Assembly: GCA_964534365.1 (NCBI GenBank)
Contig: CAZHOI010000002.1
Span: 8,138 to 72,137, forward strand
Direction of reading: 5' to 3'
Length of the DNA stretch: 64,000 bases
Source of the DNA: an uncultured Candidatus Saccharibacteria bacterium
Lineage (GTDB): Bacteria; Patescibacteriota; Minisyncoccia; Phycocordibacterales; SW-6-46-9
Shown: piece after piece, positions 59,963 to 64,000 of the stretch
Position numbering within the stretch: the stretch's first letter is position 1
Layout: every line of letters begins with the position of its first letter
Notes under the pieces: generated by a model
What the model was told of the DNA's origin: nothing
The model's database searches: none
What the model saw: only the letters and a program-made list of their open reading frames with translations
Position numbers and translations under genes: made by a program

Positions 59963-62797
59963 CTAACTCACGTAAGCATTAATATCAATACTATTTTCTT
60001 CTGCTACTGCATTAATTCGATCCAACAAATTTTCATAGTTTTCAGTCATACTTTCTGCATTTAAATTAGCACTACTAGGATTTTGCATTTCAGTAACAGT
60101 TTCTGGATCAAAGCCAAAGAGACCAAATATTGAAACCCTATTACCTTCAAACATAACTTGTGGAGCAGATTGAGTTATATCTGGATTATTTAACCATTCA
60201 GTAATATCAGGCATAACATTATAAATTACATTTCGAATAGTCTCGGGATTCATACGATTAGCAAATCGATTAGACCAAAATTCAAGAATTTCATCGTAGT
60301 GGTCAATCCGATCAGTCGTAGCAGCATTTAAAATTTCTTCTAATTTTTCATATTCAGTGTTTTCTAGAAATAAGTTTAGTTCAGGGTTAGATAGTTGATC
60401 TAGTTCCGGTACGTCATCTGGGATATTAAATACACCGTCATCTAACCCAACAATATTACCTTCAGTATCTACTGAAATTCCGTTAGAGGCTTTATCGGGA
60501 ATCATAATATCGCCATCGGTATCTACATAACTACTGCCCAGTTCCTGACCAACCTTGTAATCAGCTTCAGGTGCATCTTGCCATACCTCGTCACTAAGCT
60601 CTTCTGGGGTAAAATCGCTTCCACTGGCTTGCTGCCATAAAGTATCTACCTCGCCGTCAGCATGAACTAGCCTAATTTCGTCATCAATTAATTCAAGTTT
60701 GTCGCCAGGATGGATCACCACGCTCTCGTGTTCAAATTCAGGACGATAGCCGCCCAGTTTTTGCGCCAAGGCTTCACGATCCATGTCCAGCAGTTCTTGA
60801 TATTGCAATCTTTGCGCTGGTTCTAGTTGTCTGATTTGATCTTGCAGGTCACCTGACGCTTCGATAAAGGTGCTAGCTGAACCACTGCCGTCAATCCCAT
60901 CATAGTCAGTCCACTGATCTACATTAACTACCAATGGCATGTGCGAATCTGGCACATTTGGCGCATTGTTTGGACCATCTGCCCGATCAACCAAGTCATC
61001 TATAATATCATCTTCAGTTATTGGTGAACCTGTGGGATCGGGCAAATCTTCTGAACTTACTAAATTACCTACCCCATGAGTAACAAATGGCAAAGCTGCG
61101 GCCAATCCTCCTACGCCAGCTGCGGCCAACCTTCTTTTAATTCTATTTGAGCGTTCAATGGAAACTGAATCAGCCTCGTCTTCGACCAGCGAGTCAAGCT
61201 CGCGGTCAAAATCTTCCATAATAACTGCAAATTTCTCTTGCTCGTCCGCTGTTTTAACCTTTTCTCGCAAAATTTCTTGGCGTTTTTTCAATATTGCCGC
61301 AACTACCGCTTGATCTAATTTACTATTTTCTAGGCTAGACTCAACAAAAGCTGTTTTGCGTTCAATTTGCAACGCTTGCAGTCTAGCGGCTTCTTTTAGG
61401 ACTTCTTCATCACCTAGTTTGCCGACATAATCATTGTATACAGACTCTTCAGAGATAGTTTGATTTGGTTTGAAACTTTTTCTGATCTCTTTGACAATTT
61501 CATCTGTTTTACCTCGGTGCGACCAGCGACCAAATTGTTCTAGGAGAGATTCGGTCGCTAAATATCCTCCAACCCCCCGTGATAAAGCGCTTACCGCGGC
61601 TCGTAACGCGGTTAGAGGCGCAAAAAAGAATCCGGCAACACCCAAGGTGCCACCTATTGCATAGCGCGTCTTTCTAGCCCCAGAACTAAACCATTTATTT
61701 CTAAACTTGGTCAGCAATGAATCATCGGCGTTTTCAGTAATAAACAAATCAACTTGACTTTGTTCTTCTTCCAAAAACTTTTGCACCAGATCTTGGGCGG
61801 CCTCCTGATTTAGCTTATCTCTAGCTGATTCAACTTTTTTGGTTTGTTGATTCAGTTGCTCGTTAATCTGAGTCAGATCAGTTTTTAATGAATTTAGCTT
61901 ATCTTCATCAATGTCTTCGCCATTTGTTTTGCTTAATTCCAATTTAGCAATCTCGTCTTCGAGTTTGATTTTATTTTTTTCCAACTCTACTAATTTGTAC
62001 CTCTCGGACTCAAAACTGTCCCTGTCATCAGCACCGCCGGCTTTTACCTCAGCAGCGATGGCCACACTCATCGCCTGGTAATACTCTTGTCCTAGCTGTT
62101 CATTCTTTTCTGCTTGCTCGGCCCTTTTATTACCCCACCATCCTAGTGGTAGCAGTCTTCTATGCTCTATCAGTGCTTGAAAATATCTTTTTCTTTTATT
62201 ATCTAAAACTTTTCTAAGCCCACCCATGTCAGCCAAAGATTCTGCCCTATTAGGATCAGATGCCCCATCAGCAGAGACTACTTCTAATTTGTCTTCGTCT
62301 GCTTTGTTCTTTTCATCTTCATCTTTATCCTCTGCAGTAGCTGCCGGCTCATCCTCAATCTCGCTACTTACTACTTCATCTGATTCTTTGTTAATTTCTT
62401 TGTCATTCCTGTTTGCTTTATCATCTTCATCCTCTAACTTGTTAGATTCTGTAAATTTTGCCTCTTGTTCAAATTTTTTTACTGAATCTGCCACGTCTTT
62501 TGTCAGCTTAGTTATTTCTCCGGTGTTGATACCACTAAAAAGCAAAGAGTCGCTGACGTCTCCCAAGATTAGTTGATTTGGTGAAAAAGTACCTTTCTTA
62601 AGCCTCTCAGTGACTGCGTCAAGCAGCCTCTCCTTTGCTTTATCCATTGATGAAGTTACCTCGGACAGGTTAGCTTTTAGATCTAAACTTTCCTCCCTAT
62701 CTGTTTTTTTTTCTTTAGAATTTTCTCTCTCTAAAACCCCTCCTCCTTGAGATTTAAATCTTTCAAGACCTGGTTTTTTAGGACCCTTTTCTGACAT
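59963..62797 (-). CDS. Very large (944 aa) acidic coiled-coil protein with two internal hydrophobic segments (hypothetical), operon member
   Basis: Hydrophobic stretches YAIGGTLGVAGFFFAPLTALRAAV and LAAAGVGGLAAALPFV; long heptad-like Glu/Lys regions. Confidence 0.5.
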   Translation of the reverse strand: MSEKGPKKPGLERFKSQGGGVLERENSKEKKTDREESLDLKANLSEVTSSMDKAKERLLDAVTERLKKGTFSPNQLILGDVSDSLLFSGINTGEITKLTKDVADSVKKFEQEAKFTESNKLEDEDDKANRNDKEINKESDEVVSSEIEDEPAATAEDKDEDEKNKADEDKLEVVSADGASDPNRAESLADMGGLRKVLDNKRKRYFQALIEHRRLLPLGWWGNKRAEQAEKNEQLGQEYYQAMSVAIAAEVKAGGADDRDSFESERYKLVELEKNKIKLEDEIAKLELSKTNGEDIDEDKLNSLKTDLTQINEQLNQQTKKVESARDKLNQEAAQDLVQKFLEEEQSQVDLFITENADDSLLTKFRNKWFSSGARKTRYAIGGTLGVAGFFFAPLTALRAAVSALSRGVGGYLATESLLEQFGRWSHRGKTDEIVKEIRKSFKPNQTISEESVYNDYVGKLGDEEVLKEAARLQALQIERKTAFVESSLENSKLDQAVVAAILKKRQEILREKVKTADEQEKFAVIMEDFDRELDSLVEDEADSVSIERSNRIKRRLAAAGVGGLAAALPFVTHGVGNLVSSEDLPDPTGSPITEDDIIDDLVDRADGPNNAPNVPDSHMPLVVNVDQWTDYDGIDGSGSASTFIEASGDLQDQIRQLEPAQRLQYQELLDMDREALAQKLGGYRPEFEHESVVIHPGDKLELIDDEIRLVHADGEVDTLWQQASGSDFTPEELSDEVWQDAPEADYKVGQELGSSYVDTDGDIMIPDKASNGISVDTEGNIVGLDDGVFNIPDDVPELDQLSNPELNLFLENTEYEKLEEILNAATTDRIDHYDEILEFWSNRFANRMNPETIRNVIYNVMPDITEWLNNPDITQSAPQVMFEGNRVSIFGLFGFDPETVTEMQNPSSANLNAESMTENYENLLDRINAVAEENSIDINAYVS

Positions 62798-62798
62798 A

Positions 62799-63110
62799 TT
62801 AAACCTTTACCGCCCCATAAGTTTCTAATAGCTGTTTTTTCAAGTTGGCTAATATGTTGGCTGCCATTGTTTCTATTTCGGGAAGCTGTTTTTTCAAAAA
62901 TAAATAGATCTCTCCATTACTAGAGTCATTATCAATCATTTTATCAAGTCGCTCTGCCTGATCGTCATTTAACCGGGAATAAACCTGTACCAACAATCTT
63001 TGCTCAGCTACCTGAGACATTTTGGTCGCTAATTGTTCCTGCTGATCTGTGGGTAGATCTTGCAATTCTAGTGCTTCTAAAAGATTTATATTGAGATAAT
63101 CAGTGATCAT
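62799..63110 (-). CDS. Small hypothetical protein, operon member
   Basis: 103 aa; 2-bp gap. Confidence 0.4.
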   Translation of the reverse strand: MITDYLNINLLEALELQDLPTDQQEQLATKMSQVAEQRLLVQVYSRLNDDQAERLDKMIDNDSSNGEIYLFLKKQLPEIETMAANILANLKKQLLETYGAVKV

Positions 63111-63124
63111 ATGAAACTATTATA

Positions 63125-63940
63125 TCAGAGCCAATTAGCAATTTTGACCAGCTCCTCGATAGCGTGCTGCTTGACACTGCTATCCTCTAAAGAGTCATAG
63201 ATACCCAATAGAATTAATATGTGATCGCGATTGATCTTTTTTTCGAAACTTGCTTGTTGGCCGCCACGCAGTTTTGCTCCGGTTACTTCATCTAATAATT
63301 GATTTGCTTCATTTTCTGATATCACCTCCTGCTGCACTGCCAATCTAGCCGCCTGACTAGCTAGCAACCTTAAAATAGCTCTGCGCTCTATTGTTTCTTC
63401 GAAACGTTTCTTTTTCTCGGGCGATAAAGGTTTTGGTACACTTTTGGACTCATTTATTGCTTCTAATATCTTCACTAAATTTTTTCTAGCTTCATGCCGG
63501 CTAATCTCATCAATTAACGGTAACTCTGCGTAATCTTTTATTACAACTAAAGGATCATCGGCAAATCTGTTTGCCAAATCAGGATAGAGTACTAATCTAG
63601 TTTTAAAATATTTAATAACTTCCCGTAAATCTTTAGTTTTATTTGTTGAAAGCACATTAATTAATTGATCGAGATTTAATTCTGATGCTTGTCGCCAAAT
63701 ATCACCATTAACTGGTGTAGGATAATTATTCTCAAAACCACTTTTGACTGAATCAGCTTTTTTTTGTGATTTAACTTTTTCATCCTCGGGCGGCAAGCCA
63801 CCTTTTATACGATTAATTAGCTCCTGCGGCCTTTCTATAAACTCAGCTAGGTCTAAAACCGACTCAATTCTACCTCTTCTAGCTTCAATGGTTTTTGTCT
63901 TTACCCAGGACCGAATCTGATCCTGATCGTTTTTACTCAA
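63125..63940 (-). CDS. Hypothetical protein, operon member
   Basis: 271 aa; 14-bp gap; the operon continues past the window end. Confidence 0.45.
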   Translation of the reverse strand: MSKNDQDQIRSWVKTKTIEARRGRIESVLDLAEFIERPQELINRIKGGLPPEDEKVKSQKKADSVKSGFENNYPTPVNGDIWRQASELNLDQLINVLSTNKTKDLREVIKYFKTRLVLYPDLANRFADDPLVVIKDYAELPLIDEISRHEARKNLVKILEAINESKSVPKPLSPEKKKRFEETIERRAILRLLASQAARLAVQQEVISENEANQLLDEVTGAKLRGGQQASFEKKINRDHILILLGIYDSLEDSSVKQHAIEELVKIANWL

Positions 63941-64000
63941 ATCATCAATTATTCTCTCAACTGGCTTTGGAAGCGTAAAGGGATTATGAACTTTTTGTAT

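Overview
The window is AT-rich and gene-dense, and most genes are on the minus strand. The content is that of a small-genome bacterium. The compact gene spacing, weak or absent Shine-Dalgarno sequences, the type IV pilus genes and the many large secreted proteins fit a Patescibacteria/CPR-like organism, but that assignment is inference only. The genes read with the standard genetic code, with no in-frame UGA problems.

Recognisable housekeeping genes:
- gatC and gatA
- a TrpR-like HTH regulator
- photolyase
- an ABC exporter
- ligA
- recG
- ftsH
- the smpB/tmRNA pair
- an L,D-transpeptidase
- the infC-rpmI-rplT operon
- a beta-CASP/MBL nuclease
- ndk

RNA genes:
- tRNA-Ser(GCT)
- a tRNA carrying a TAT anticodon
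- a tmRNA with an unusual 18-residue tag

Larger structures:
1. An essentially complete type IV pilus/competence locus at about 15.4-33.4 kb. It contains pilM, pilT, pilC, two tandem major pilins, pilD, pilN, pilO, a PilP-like gene, pilB, three pseudopilins, two giant secreted proteins and comFC. An IS200-like HUH tyrosine transposase (RAYT) is inserted into it and is flanked by GGGTGAC(n)GTCACCC REP palindromes that recur elsewhere in the window. A (GTAGCAC)x6 repeat sits in the pilin promoter.
2. A roughly 4.3-kb compositional island at about 11.05-15.33 kb with about 55-60% GC. It encodes a protein with a textbook Bacteroidota type IX secretion (T9SS) C-terminal sorting domain.
3. A tightly packed minus-strand operon at 54.3-64.0 kb that runs off the window. 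It is built around a 959-aa ATPase of the VirB4/VirD4/HerA superfamily, plus a HExxH zincin lipoprotein and several large acidic, coiled-coil proteins with no recognisable family. This is the best candidate here for an undescribed secretion-like or conjugation-like system.

Smaller signals:
- a remnant of an attachment-site duplication at the tmRNA 3' end, next to a GIY-YIG nuclease gene
- a partial duplicate of the tRNA-Ser 3' portion with compensatory stem changes
- a membrane-anchored HEPN-like protein
- clustered inverted repeats and hairpins in the first 400 bp
- candidate palindromic operators flanking the TrpR-like regulator gene and overlapping the pilin promoter -35
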